The notes: generated by a model not told the origin, from the sequence alone. Positions 1 through 9,033 are shown, counted from the stretch's first letter. The stretch is 32,000 nucleotides of DNA from Hyperthermus butylicus DSM 5456 (GCF_000015145.1 NC_008818.1:1635164-1667163); one strand, 5' to 3'. Made by a program: numbers and translations.

Positions 1-1162
1 CAAAGTCTATCTCCTTCACTATTGCCAACCCTTTTTCCTCGCCATCACTGCCAACCAGGGAGGCTAGAGCATTTACTGCGAGGTTTATGTCTAGTATGTA
101 GACTTGCTTTTGCAAAGTCTGCGATGCTTTCTCAAGATTCTGCGGGTTCGGTTGACCGTTGGTGACAACGTATACCGTGTCGTAGGTCTCACTAGCAGCT
201 ATAACCGGCACCTGGAGAATCTGAGCCAGCCTTGCCGCCTGCTGAGGTGGCAACCTTTCTCCGCTAAAGAAACAAGAGCCCATTATTGAGACTGAATCTA
301 TGTATATCATTCTCTCGTAGAGGGGCTCAAGATATCTACGATAAGCTTCTCTACGTAGGCTCCTCCTCTCTACTCTATCTCTCTCACGCCTAACACTCGG
401 CATTGGTAATAGCGTAACGCCACATGGGATACCCGCGAATACATGTCTAACCATCGCATAGAGCTTCTGGTCTCCTATAACGAATACTGCTGATACCCCC
501 GTGTAGCGCGCAATCTCAGCCTTGTACTCTATCGAGTTTAGCCCTTGAACCCAGCCATCGGTATCTATTGCTATTACCTCTGCGCCACGGCTGAGGAGCC
601 GGTGTACTAGCTCCACGACTGCTGCTACTATCCGGCGCTCGCTACGCTGTGGCGTTATGTTGCCTATGAACCTTATGTGGTCTGCTCTGAGTTCCCGGAG
701 CCAGAGTATAGGCTTATCCACTAGAGCCGCTGAGACAGACGCTGGTGGGCCTACATCCGCTTGTCCGACATCAGCATCTACTACTCCTACCCTAAATCCG
801 TAAAGTAGTGCCCGGTTTACCACTAGTGCAGTAAGGCTAGACTTGCCAGCATCTGTAGGACCCAGGACCATTACTCTTTTACAACCACGTCTCAGTGTGC
901 TATCTACAGCCGAGACCCACGCGTCGAGAACTTCCTCGCCTGGTTGAGGGCTCTCGACGGCTGCGCCGGCACCAAGCTCTACTTCAACAATGCTATCGTC
1001 TAGTGCTTTAACGCCATAGCTACGGTAGCTGTGTATGCTGAATTCGGCGCCGGCACCGAATATTGCGCCTAGAACCATGACTTGTCCCGATGCTACGCGT
1101 GCTCTCGCTGGACCCACGATTCTTACTATCCTGCCTGGCTCCATGTAGAGCCTCATCCTCAT
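1..1162 (-). CDS. Clp1/Grc3-family polynucleotide 5'-hydroxyl kinase (archaeal Clp1 homologue); 3' end runs off the window
   Basis: This ORF is missing from the supplied track because it has no stop inside the window. My own minus-strand translation from ATG 1162 stays open to position 1 (MRMRLYMEPGRIVRIVGP...). A ~95-aa N-terminal domain is followed by the P-loop VMVLGPTDAGKSSL, then VVDADVGQ and IDTDGW motifs typical of Clp1-type kinases. An alternative start is ATG 1144. Confidence 0.7.
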   Translation of the reverse strand, partial: MRMRLYMEPGRIVRIVGPARARVASGQVMVLGAIFGAGAEFSIHSYRSYGVKALDDSIVEVELGAGAAVESPQPGEEVLDAWVSAVDSTLRRGCKRVMVLGPTDAGKSSLTALVVNRALLYGFRVGVVDADVGQADVGPPASVSAALVDKPILWLRELRADHIRFIGNITPQRSERRIVAAVVELVHRLLSRGAEVIAIDTDGWVQGLNSIEYKAEIARYTGVSAVFVIGDQKLYAMVRHVFAGIPCGVTLLPMPSVRRERDRVERRSLRREAYRRYLEPLYERMIYIDSVSIMGSCFFSGERLPPQQAARLAQILQVPVIAASETYDTVYVVTNGQPNPQNLEKASQTLQKQVYILDINLAVNALASLVGSDGEEKGLAIVKEIDF

Positions 1163-1856
1163 ATTGTTCACCCTCTACCAGCCATGTGTTCTCCAGTACT
1201 CTGTGCATCTTCGTATAGACGCGTAAAGCTATCTGTATAGCTGCCAACACGTCATCGTTAACTGCATCACTTGCACCCTTGAGCCCATAGGCTCTAAAAA
1301 TATTTGACTCGTACTCGTCTACCAGGTATACCCTTTCGCTACACTTGAGCAACTTACCACGTATACTTAGAGCCTCCTCGTAGACTGCCGGCGATGCACC
1401 TATACCTGCGACAAGCTCCCTATGTGTCCTCAGGGCGCTGCATATGTTTGCTAGTAGGTTCCCCTTATTCGCCTCGACCCCCGCTAGAAGCACCGATCCC
1501 GCAGCCAACACCGCATAGGCGATGCGCGTTGCACCAACGTCAATACCTATGCTGGCCTCGCGCACTCTCCACAAAGCCTTAACGATGCTTAAGGCTGTGC
1601 CTATAGTGTTCTCCTTAGCATCCGTCGGGTCTACGTAGAGAACACGGCATCTCGAACCATGCTCCCACATCCCTAGACGAATGCTGCCACGCTCCACAAT
1701 GATTATGTCACGTCCTCCACAGCTTGGTGGAGCATTCGGGATAACATACTCTATCTGCAGGAGCTTAGCTATGCGAGCCACTAGCCTCACTATCTCCGGG
1801 CTAGACGCCCACACTATTATCCTGCTGGTAGTCCCTACTGTTTTAATCCCGGACAA
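1020..1856 (-). CDS. Predicted RNase H-fold (RuvC/YqgF-like) nuclease, uncharacterised
   Basis: 278-aa ORF. Its C-terminal half carries an RNase-H-like D..E..D pattern (IGIDVGATRIAYAVL, LVDEYESN, NDDVLAAIQIAL). The last ~47 codons overlap the Clp1-like gene in another frame and look like low-quality read-through. Confidence 0.45.
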   Translation of the reverse strand: MSGIKTVGTTSRIIVWASSPEIVRLVARIAKLLQIEYVIPNAPPSCGGRDIIIVERGSIRLGMWEHGSRCRVLYVDPTDAKENTIGTALSIVKALWRVREASIGIDVGATRIAYAVLAAGSVLLAGVEANKGNLLANICSALRTHRELVAGIGASPAVYEEALSIRGKLLKCSERVYLVDEYESNIFRAYGLKGASDAVNDDVLAAIQIALRVYTKMHRVLENTWLVEGEQYEDEALHGARQDSKNRGSSESTRSIGTSHGSRRNIRCRRRIQHTQLP

Positions 1857-1888
1857 CCCCCTGGTGCTGGTTCTCCTGGGAGGCTTAT

Positions 1889-2491
1889 GTGGCTATATGC
1901 AGAAGGCTGCTGAGGGCCATAGAGTGGCCTACAACACTACTGGTATATGGGCCTGCAGGGAGCGGAAAGACCCTCCTAGCTCTCGAGCTTACAGCGCACC
2001 AGTGTAGAAGCGGAAAATGCCTGTACATAACTACTGAAGGTGTACAGTTTCTCGAGAGGGCAGCAAAGCTGAAACTTAGTGCTGACCAGCTAGTGGTGCT
2101 CCAGGTCTTTGACTACCTTGACCTACTACATATTGTTAATCTACGCCAGCTGCCACTCTATAATATCGTTGTTCTTGACTCTGTAAGCAGTATAGCACGT
2201 GAAGGCTCCGAAGAGGCCTTGAGAACCTTATCTCTGGTTTCAGCACTTCTATACCGCGTGTACGAAGAATACATGGTTCCAATACTGTATACCGCACAGC
2301 TATCCTGGAAGCCAGGAGAAGGCGAGAAGCCTTCTGGAATAAAGCCTCTAAGCCTGTGGCTTAGAGCTATAGCTCGACTTGAACGCGTTGGGCAGAGATA
2401 TAGGCTTATCATCGAGGAGCCAGAGCATAACCGCGGATGGGAGTTCAGCTACAGAATTACGGAGCGGGGACTTGTATGGCTCAATTGTTAA
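1889..2491 (+). CDS. RecA-superfamily (KaiC/RadB-like) ATPase
   Basis: 200-aa ORF with a GTG start. It has a Walker A motif (LLVYGPAGSGKT), a Walker-B-like motif (YNIVVLDSVSS), and the size and layout of small archaeal RadA paralogues. Confidence 0.65.
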   Translation: MAICRRLLRAIEWPTTLLVYGPAGSGKTLLALELTAHQCRSGKCLYITTEGVQFLERAAKLKLSADQLVVLQVFDYLDLLHIVNLRQLPLYNIVVLDSVSSIAREGSEEALRTLSLVSALLYRVYEEYMVPILYTAQLSWKPGEGEKPSGIKPLSLWLRAIARLERVGQRYRLIIEEPEHNRGWEFSYRITERGLVWLNC

Positions 2492-2982
2492 CCCCTCTAG
2501 AGTCCATACTTGCTATCATTCCCGCACTAGCAGCTAATGGTGCACCCGTCCTGCTAAAATACCATGGAACACCAATTGACGGTGGCAAACGCTTCCTGGA
2601 TGGAAGGCCGGTTCTAGGCCCGGGAAAAACTTGGGAGGGACTGGCAACCGGAATTCTCTACGGCTCAGTTATAGCCCTACTAGCTGCCAGTGCTACCTGC
2701 AACCCCAAACTCTACGCTGCAGGTGTATTTGCAAGCATAGGCGCCATGCTCGGGGACATGCTGGGAGCCTTTATTAAGAGGAGGCTTGGCCTGGAGAGGG
2801 GTGCTCCAGCACCGCTACTCGACCAGCTGGACTTCTATAGTGGTGCTCTACTAGCACTCTACGCTGCAGGATACGTAGTGCACCCAGCTGTAGCACTCAC
2901 ATTCACACCAATAGTAATTGCGCTCCACAGGTTAACAAACATGGCCGCTAATAGGCTGAGACTGAAACCTGTGCCATGGTAG
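2476..2982 (+). CDS. carS: CDP-archaeol synthase (DUF46 family membrane protein)
   Basis: Multi-TM protein with PIDGGKRFLDGRPVLGPGKTWEG and LLDQLD motifs characteristic of CarS. I prefer ATG 2476 (MAQLLTPLE...) over the track start at 2437, which lies deep inside the upstream gene. Confidence 0.75.
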   Translation: MAQLLTPLESILAIIPALAANGAPVLLKYHGTPIDGGKRFLDGRPVLGPGKTWEGLATGILYGSVIALLAASATCNPKLYAAGVFASIGAMLGDMLGAFIKRRLGLERGAPAPLLDQLDFYSGALLALYAAGYVVHPAVALTFTPIVIALHRLTNMAANRLRLKPVPW

Positions 2983-3002
2983 GAATCGAGCAGCTATTGT
3001 TG

Positions 3003-3203
3003 CTAGGCTTGACTCTCGCTGCGCGGTATTAGTCCCGCAAGCATCTTCATCCTATAGCGATATACTACATACTTGTCCTCGGGGGAGAAGCGTGGCGGAT
3101 GCGGTACAGCTACGGGGCCCCCACAGACTGGGCAGCGGTCACGTTGCAGCGTGTACCTGCCACAGACTGTACACTTCCTCATGAGCCACTGCACGGGGTT
3201 CAC
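3003..3203 (-). CDS. nop10: H/ACA RNP protein Nop10
   Basis: 66 aa with the zinc ribbon CTVCGRYTLQRDRCPVCGG followed by PHPPRFSPEDKY. It lies directly downstream of aIF2-alpha, which is a conserved archaeal gene pair. Confidence 0.9.
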   Translation of the reverse strand: MNPVQWLMRKCTVCGRYTLQRDRCPVCGGPVAVPHPPRFSPEDKYVVYRYRMKMLAGLIPRSESQA

Positions 3204-3209
3204 CCGGGC

Positions 3210-4013
3210 TTACTGCTTCTCCCTCGTAAAGCTAAACTCTACACCCAAGCTCTTAGCAGTCTCCTCACCCTCCTCAAGAGCCTTAGCTAACGCCTTCTCA
3301 AGCGTCTTATAGTCGTATGCTTCCAACTCAAGCCTATACCTTGGTGCTCCTACAGTGTATAGTTTAACCTTTATGTCGGGAGACGAGTTCTCAATAGCAT
3401 CTTTCACTGTTAGCAACACCTTTTTAACTCTCTCAATACCATCGCCAGCCAGACTTCTAACAGTGAGAACGCCAGCTATCTTTACACGCTTAACCTCCAC
3501 ATGCCTCTTAATTTCCTCAAGTAGCGGTTGAACCCACTCCTCTGGGACTCCTGCCTCGCGCAACGCTTGCTCGCCGCGAATGACAACCTCCTCAAAGGCT
3601 GCCATGAGTTCTCCATAGTAGTCCTCAAGCTTCTTCCCCACAGCCTCATAGGCCTCCTCGAGGCTCTTACCGAGCTTTTGCGCGACCAGCTCTAGTATCC
3701 TCTCAGCTTTCTGAGCTCTTTTCCATTCCATCATCTTCCTGCGGCGTTCGCTATCGGTTACACGTTTTAGCGAGACGTCAACCTGCTTTTTCCTCTTGTT
3801 AACCCTTATAACCTTGACAACTATCTTCTGACCAGGCTTAACAACATCGTGTATGCTGCGAACCCAACGGGAAGCAACCTCGCTCCATGGCAGGTATGCC
3901 TCGAGACCACCGTATTCGTCGAGTGTAAGGTATGCACCGTAGTCGTATACCTCCTTTACAGTCGCAACCACGAGTTCTCCCACGTCTGGCAGCTCCTTCC
4001 TCTGAATCGGCAC
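3210..4013 (-). CDS. eif2a: Translation initiation factor aIF2 alpha subunit
   Basis: 267 aa with an N-terminal S1 domain (ELPDVGELVVATVKEVYDYGAYLTLDEYGGLEAYLPWSEV) and a typical aIF2-alpha C-terminal alpha/beta domain. Confidence 0.93.
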   Translation of the reverse strand: MPIQRKELPDVGELVVATVKEVYDYGAYLTLDEYGGLEAYLPWSEVASRWVRSIHDVVKPGQKIVVKVIRVNKRKKQVDVSLKRVTDSERRRKMMEWKRAQKAERILELVAQKLGKSLEEAYEAVGKKLEDYYGELMAAFEEVVIRGEQALREAGVPEEWVQPLLEEIKRHVEVKRVKIAGVLTVRSLAGDGIERVKKVLLTVKDAIENSSPDIKVKLYTVGAPRYRLELEAYDYKTLEKALAKALEEGEETAKSLGVEFSFTREKQ

Positions 4014-4115
4014 CCTGTTTCACCGAGAAAGCTGGATAGAGAGCTGGGAGCCCTAAAATATTGGATGCGTATCCGTAGCTGAGACTAAAACCCAGACTAG
4101 AGGAGGCGGTAGTAC

Positions 4116-4316
4116 TTAGCCTAGGACACGTACCACCTGGCCAAGTATCTTAGCCTTACCTCCTGTTGGTTCTACTAGCTGTGCTCCACACACAAGGCAT
4201 CTCGCTGGGAATGTTGCATGGCTGAATATCACTTGCTCATTACCGCAAACCGGGCATCTCACTAGGAGGAACCTGCTACGCGGCTGTGGTACTAGTATCT
4301 TGAACTTACTGACCAT
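4116..4316 (-). CDS. rps27e: 30S ribosomal protein S27e
   Basis: 66 aa with a C4 zinc ribbon ([10 protein letters not shown]...CLVCG) and the S27e-typical sequence. It forms an adjacent pair with L44e. Confidence 0.9.
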   Translation of the reverse strand: MVSKFKILVPQPRSRFLLVRCPVCGNEQVIFSHATFPARCLVCGAQLVEPTGGKAKILGQVVRVLG

Positions 4317-4317
4317 G

Positions 4318-4605
4318 CTAGTGCCTCACCTCCACCAGCTCTACCTTCTTGAGCCTAATACCCCGGCGGTGTAGTATGTAACCACACTTCTGACACTTAA
4401 GCTTTAATACTATCTTCTTTGTAACTTTCGCGAAGCGCTTCTGCTCCGGCTTCCTCTTGCTACCATAACCCTCTTGCTTTCTCCTATACCTCCTCTCGCC
4501 CTCAGCTAGGCTACGTCTCTTGCCATGCTTATATACCGTAACACTGTGCTGTGTATGTGTACGGCATCGGGGACAATACGTTATAATGACCTTTGGCACC
4601 TTCAT
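4318..4605 (-). CDS. rpl44e: 50S ribosomal protein L44e
   Basis: 95 aa and highly basic, with [11 protein letters not shown] ... LKCQKCG zinc-binding motifs typical of L44e. Confidence 0.9.
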   Translation of the reverse strand: MKVPKVIITYCPRCRTHTQHSVTVYKHGKRRSLAEGERRYRRKQEGYGSKRKPEQKRFAKVTKKIVLKLKCQKCGYILHRRGIRLKKVELVEVRH

Positions 4606-4675
4606 GGCCTAGCCGCCTCGTAGACTCCCCTAGCGTGCCCATCACACCCTAGGCAAAACCCGCCTTAAAACCCTA

Positions 4676-5137
4676 CTATTGCTCCCGAGCCTCCTTCAGC
4701 CCTGTCTCTACTAGGCGGGCAAACCCCAGCTCAACCAGTCCAAGGGCCTTTATTGTTTCTAGGCACGTGTAGTCACCGCGACGGTAAAGCCTGCCCTCAA
4801 GCTCTACTGAAGCCTCAAAAATTACCGGTGCACAGTTTGTTGAACCAAAGTACAGTGCAGAGGCCAAACCTCGGTATGCATTTGCTTTCTCACTACTAAA
4901 TCCTAGAAGCTTGAGAGCAGCTGCAGCTGTATCGGCTACCGCGCTGACGATATTCATGTAGTTCTCGACTATGCTCGGCAGGCTGATAGCTCTCCTATCA
5001 AGAAGTGTTGAAGATATACCTTCATGCAACGCTTCTACTATGGCTGAGGCAAGTTTTCCATCACGTCTATCAATTAGATCTCCTAGGAGCCTCACAGCAC
5101 GCTGTAGCATGTACTCCTCCGCCATCGTACTATTCAC
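4676..5137 (-). CDS. Possible GINS subunit (Gins15/Gins51-like)
   Basis: 153 aa. A helical N-terminal part is followed by a C-terminal segment (RLYRRGDYTCLETIKALGLVELGFARLVE) that resembles the GINS B-domain pattern Y..GD....A..L...G.A. It lies immediately downstream of priS, the arrangement described for Sulfolobus gins15. The assignment rests on context plus this weak motif. Confidence 0.45.
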   Translation of the reverse strand: MNSTMAEEYMLQRAVRLLGDLIDRRDGKLASAIVEALHEGISSTLLDRRAISLPSIVENYMNIVSAVADTAAAALKLLGFSSEKANAYRGLASALYFGSTNCAPVIFEASVELEGRLYRRGDYTCLETIKALGLVELGFARLVETGLKEAREQ

Positions 5138-5151
5138 CTCCCTCTGCCAGC

Positions 5152-6294
5152 CTACTGGGCTAGGACTGCCACACCCTTAGCCATTAAGTATACAGCTACT
5201 GGGGCAGGAAGGCGGGGGCTATCACCCTCGCGTAGCTTCAGTCTATTACCCAATATGGTCACCGAGCTAGGGAGACTCGTAACAACACGTATCCTCACTG
5301 GGGGCTCGCGTGCAAAGGGTGAAAGCGTCTCATCTACTACGAACTCGTCTAGCTCATCAACAGTAACTGGTTTTACTAGGAGACCCGTCTTGCCGTTTAT
5401 GCTGTAGGGTACACGTATAAGCCGCTTAACATCAACGGAAACTTGCTCGTCAATCTCGACACCTATGAGCTGGCGAGCCTTATCCTCGTATTCTCTAAGT
5501 TCCTCACTATAAGTTGTAGAGGGACCCTCCACAGCCTTTACAATATCTATAGCGCCGTCGCGGAGTGCTAGGCGTCGTATAATCCTTGCAACCCTACCCC
5601 TCGCACCCGCAAGCTGAACGTTTGGCGGTATGGGTATAGGCTTCCCCCTCCTCACCTGCAGCATTGTCCATGGCTCAAGTACGTCGGCACGGAGACCGAG
5701 AGCCTTAACATAGTTTACTATTTCACGCCTAACATCTGATCCCGCCTTTGCATAATCATCGAAGTCGTCAAGGTATACTGTTACGTGGAACCCTCTATGC
5801 CCCGAAAACTCTATAGCTATGCGGGACTTGTCAAAGCCCAACTCGTAGACAAGTATGTCGTACAATATTTGTGCTCTGAGAGCAGCAGCCCTCATGCATA
5901 ATGCCTCTTCTATAAAGCTAGTCTTCCCCTCAATACCACCGTCAACCTCTACTATGCTGCCACTACATTCCGGCAAATGATCTGCGTCAATATCAAATGT
6001 TAGGTCAGCCGAGCGCCACCCCTTAGCATCCATGTCGTCTGCGCCAGGCTGGTCGTAGCGTGCTGAGGAATAGTAGAAGTGCCGTGGCGCTTTCTCGACT
6101 AGTAGCCTATGTACAGCCTCTGTACTCGCGAATGAGAGGTGCCGTAGATAGCTCTTACCTGTCCAGGTCTGGAGAGCAAACTCGCGTAGGCTAAAGTCTC
6201 CGGGTAGTTTGACACGCGCCCTCTCATAGTACTTGCGGGTTAGGTGTTCTAGGAACCTGCGTGTCCTCATTACGGGATCCTGGCTTCGCGGCAT
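5152..6294 (-). CDS. priS: DNA primase small (catalytic) subunit PriS
   Basis: 380 aa with the AEP catalytic motifs DLTFDIDADH and FSGHRGFHV, plus RVPYSINGKTG. Confidence 0.92.
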   Translation of the reverse strand: MPRSQDPVMRTRRFLEHLTRKYYERARVKLPGDFSLREFALQTWTGKSYLRHLSFASTEAVHRLLVEKAPRHFYYSSARYDQPGADDMDAKGWRSADLTFDIDADHLPECSGSIVEVDGGIEGKTSFIEEALCMRAAALRAQILYDILVYELGFDKSRIAIEFSGHRGFHVTVYLDDFDDYAKAGSDVRREIVNYVKALGLRADVLEPWTMLQVRRGKPIPIPPNVQLAGARGRVARIIRRLALRDGAIDIVKAVEGPSTTYSEELREYEDKARQLIGVEIDEQVSVDVKRLIRVPYSINGKTGLLVKPVTVDELDEFVVDETLSPFAREPPVRIRVVTSLPSSVTILGNRLKLREGDSPRLPAPVAVYLMAKGVAVLAQ

Positions 6295-6297
6295 GCG

Positions 6298-7038
6298 CTA
6301 GTCTACCCTCGGTGCTATGAGGAAGCTGAATTTTGCCCCTTGCTGGAGTTCATGCTCTATGAGAGCGGGCATGTCGCTGCTAAACTTTATCGTTATAGTG
6401 TCTGCAACCCTAGCAGCACCGGATAGATCGCTGAAGTATTCGAGCGTATAGCTGGCCTGCTGCGTATCCTCAACCTCCATCTCTATGATGCTACCGCTCT
6501 CCCGCGTATAGATTATTTCAGCCTCACCAATATCACTTGAAGAGACTACCTTAAACTCGTCCTGGGATGCTATGAACCTTATAACATCGCCTATAAGCTC
6601 AACATCCTTTATCGCATCGCGATACACGTCACTCATAACTTTCACTATCGCCTTGAACTCTAGCTGTGGCTCGGGAAGCTCCTCAGCAGTAATATCGAGG
6701 AGCGGCAATGTAAACTTCCTATACCCCTTACCTATGAACGCGAACGAGACCGTATTGCCATCAGAAGTTATCTCAAGCTTGTCCTCCTTCGAGGCTCTAC
6801 GTAGAACCTTAGCTACATCCTCAAAGTTTACTCCCAGCTCAACCTTAGAGTCTACCTCGAATACCTCGAAGGAGTCTCGTGGAAATCTCATATTCAACAT
6901 TATGACATGTGATGGGTCCATTGCACGGAAGAGGAAACCCTCCTCGGGATCTACAACGAATACCCCCTCCTCTATAACCTTCGATATAGCTGACACTATG
7001 TACCTCCAAATCCTCGCATCAAAGAATACAAGCTTCAA
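6298..7038 (-). CDS. pcn: DNA polymerase sliding clamp PCNA
   Basis: 246 aa with typical archaeal PCNA sequence (AISKVIEEGVFVVDPEEGFLFRAMDPSHV..., C-terminal FLIAPRVD). Confidence 0.92.
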   Translation of the reverse strand: MKLVFFDARIWRYIVSAISKVIEEGVFVVDPEEGFLFRAMDPSHVIMLNMRFPRDSFEVFEVDSKVELGVNFEDVAKVLRRASKEDKLEITSDGNTVSFAFIGKGYRKFTLPLLDITAEELPEPQLEFKAIVKVMSDVYRDAIKDVELIGDVIRFIASQDEFKVVSSSDIGEAEIIYTRESGSIIEMEVEDTQQASYTLEYFSDLSGAARVADTITIKFSSDMPALIEHELQQGAKFSFLIAPRVD

Positions 7039-7054
7039 TCCCTATCTACCTCCC

Positions 7055-7330
7055 CTACCTTTCTTCTACACCCGCTACGTTATGTACTTGTTTGAGAGGC
7101 CGATTAGAGCCTGGCCCCACCTCACCCTCCACACGGGCTCTCTTGCACTCTCTAACCAGCGCGTAGGCTTGGGCTAGGCCTGCTTCGGCCAACCGTAGTG
7201 CTCGCTCTATGTGGGGCCTAGAGGATATCACTGGTGGTGTACGGTTGTAGGCCTCGAAAACATCCTCGTATAGCTTGCGTAAGAGCCTATAGAAGAATTC
7301 GTAGTGTATGCACACGTTGCTGCTAGTCAT
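7055..7330 (-). CDS. Hypothetical small helical protein
   Basis: 91-aa ORF that fills the gap between tfs and pcn on the same strand. Its start overlaps the tfs stop by 8 nt. I recognise no motif. Confidence 0.35.
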   Translation of the reverse strand: MTSSNVCIHYEFFYRLLRKLYEDVFEAYNRTPPVISSRPHIERALRLAEAGLAQAYALVRECKRARVEGEVGPGSNRPLKQVHNVAGVEER

Positions 7331-7667
7331 ACTCCCTCCACACGTAGCCGCAGCTTACGCATTTGAAGAACCTTGTGGGTGGCTCGTCAGCACGACGGGT
7401 CTGCACAACCCAGACATACGCCTCGTGGTAGCCACACCGTGGGCATACCGCCTTTGTCTTAGGCATTGCCTTCCAGTTTACATTGGGGTCTACAACTACT
7501 ATCCTCTCCTTCTCACTATGCTTTATCTCCTTGCGCAGTACCGCAAGCTGCGCCTCACTAGCCTGGCTAAGCTCTTCAGTATAGCCGCAGCTCGGACAAA
7601 CCCAGACGGTACGGTCGTTAGTCCTCCTCAGCGTCATTAGCGAACCACAGCGCGGGCAGAACTTCAC
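7323..7667 (-). CDS. tfs: Transcription elongation/cleavage factor TFS (RpoM-like)
   Basis: 114 aa with a GTG start. It has two zinc ribbons (CPRCGS...CPSCG and CPRCG...CVSCG) and the acidic-loop motif QTRRADEPPT. Confidence 0.9.
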   Translation of the reverse strand: MKFCPRCGSLMTLRRTNDRTVWVCPSCGYTEELSQASEAQLAVLRKEIKHSEKERIVVVDPNVNWKAMPKTKAVCPRCGYHEAYVWVVQTRRADEPPTRFFKCVSCGYVWREYD

Positions 7668-7742
7668 GGCACACTACACCCCGCTACGCTGTTTTGACCG
7701 GTCTGTAGCTAGCCGGAGAAACTGGGCACTTTTGAGCTAAGC

Positions 7743-8129
7743 TTATGAGTTTTGTTCGCTAGCGTGTGCTAGTAATAGGCTCACACCCCTACATAAATCG
7801 TTTACAAACACGTAGAAACAATCCATGCAGCGCCCAAGGTAGTCTTCGAGTTTCTCAACAGATCTCAAGCCTAGAGCTTGAGCAAGCTCTTGCGGCCATA
7901 CAATTCTAACCTCATATATGAATGTTGAAGATCTAATAGCTCGCAGTAACTCGTCAAGCCTCTCCGAGAAGAATAATGCTTCAACACGCGTGGAGCCTCT
8001 AAACACTAAAGCTATGTGGCCAATATCCCCACAGCTGTGGAAAAGTAGAAGTCTCGATTCAGGCTTTAACTTCACACTTTTCACCGCTTTCAAGGGCCCG
8101 GTCAAACTCTTCGATGAACTTCTTTGCAT
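7743..8129 (-). CDS. Hypothetical protein (start uncertain)
   Basis: 128-aa maximal ORF whose first ~24 codons overlap the 3' end of rpoL. In-frame GTG codons near 8085 and 8076 would shorten that overlap. No recognisable domain. Confidence 0.35.
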   Translation of the reverse strand: MQRSSSKSLTGPLKAVKSVKLKPESRLLLFHSCGDIGHIALVFRGSTRVEALFFSERLDELLRAIRSSTFIYEVRIVWPQELAQALGLRSVEKLEDYLGRCMDCFYVFVNDLCRGVSLLLAHASEQNS

Positions 8130-8376
8130 CAGTTATTATGTCCTTGAGAACCTCCTCCAGTACATCTAGCGGATCGCGGCTCCCATCCGTACTTAGCACG
8201 ATCACAGGGTTTGAAACTAGGGGGTGCGATATTATGTAGGAGGCGTAGACTACGCCGGGCTTGCGTATTGCATACTTTGCTATTAGGTTGGCTATTGTTT
8301 GGTCCTCACCCTCCAGCTCAACCTCTATAGTGTTGGCTTCTCGTTTTAGTAGCTTAACCCTGCCAGCCTGCGGCAT
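8059..8376 (-). CDS. rpoL: DNA-directed RNA polymerase subunit L (Rpo11)
   Basis: 105 aa with EGEDQTIANLIAKYAIRKPGVVYASYIISHPL, typical of RpoL/Rpb11. Confidence 0.88.
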   Translation of the reverse strand: MPQAGRVKLLKREANTIEVELEGEDQTIANLIAKYAIRKPGVVYASYIISHPLVSNPVIVLSTDGSRDPLDVLEEVLKDIITDAKKFIEEFDRALESGEKCEVKA

Positions 8377-8382
8377 GGCCTG

Positions 8383-9033
8383 CTACTCACCTAGCTGGTC
8401 TAGTGGAGCCTCAGCCCCCTTAAGAAGTACCGCTATCTTACGTAGCCCGCGGCGCCATTCCTCCCGGAGTTCGATACCCTCCTCTGTTTCTTCGAGTACA
8501 CGGCTGCGAAGCCCATACTCTATAACCTTTTCAGCGGGTTCTTGCAGGCCTGCTGCTAGTGCTGCTATCATCCTCTTAGCTGCCGTACCTTTAACCCTAA
8601 ACCTAAGCTCGTCAATGACCTCCGCTATGGTTCTAGCAACTTCTACAACAACATCTAGCGGCGCATTAGTTGTTATTCTTGACTTGTCGTCGCTGAGTTC
8701 AGCCTTGTAGCCGCGTAGCCTTAACGCATATACTAGTGACTCTGGCGGAAATGTGCGACCAACTTCTCTCACAAGGGCCTCTATGCTGGCCTCCATGCCC
8801 TTTGAGAGTCGATATAGCTCCCAAAGCTCGGAGACTGCTTGACGTACACGATACCATGTGTCCTTGATCTCGTACTCGGTACCGACCACTTCAAGGAATA
8901 GCTTGTTTCCTTGGATACTGATTTCTGCATAGCCTGCCTTGAAAGCTGACGAGACTTTCTCGTAGATCTTCTCCAGGGGGATTCCCGGCGGCAGGTTTAT
9001 CGTGTAAAGCTTCCTCTTTATAACCCTTGGCAA
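8383..9033 (-). CDS. Conserved-looking hypothetical protein between csl4 and rpoL
   Basis: 216-aa ORF tightly packed in the operon, with ordinary globular composition. I cannot name a family. Confidence 0.5.
   Translation of the reverse strand: MPRVIKRKLYTINLPPGIPLEKIYEKVSSAFKAGYAEISIQGNKLFLEVVGTEYEIKDTWYRVRQAVSELWELYRLSKGMEASIEALVREVGRTFPPESLVYALRLRGYKAELSDDKSRITTNAPLDVVVEVARTIAEVIDELRFRVKGTAAKRMIAALAAGLQEPAEKVIEYGLRSRVLEETEEGIELREEWRRGLRKIAVLLKGAEAPLDQLGE

Noticed and set aside
104-289. 61-aa plus-strand ORF at the left edge.
   Set aside because: It lies entirely antisense within the Clp1-like gene, whose minus-strand frame is open across the whole region and carries clear kinase motifs.
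6572-7177. 201-aa plus-strand ORF antisense to pcn. Similar Ser-rich antisense ORFs occur at 8261-8710, 12808-13074, 16908-17129, 17586-17810 and elsewhere.
   Set aside because: These are shadow ORFs opposite well-supported genes, with low-complexity Ser/Thr/Leu-rich translations and no motifs.
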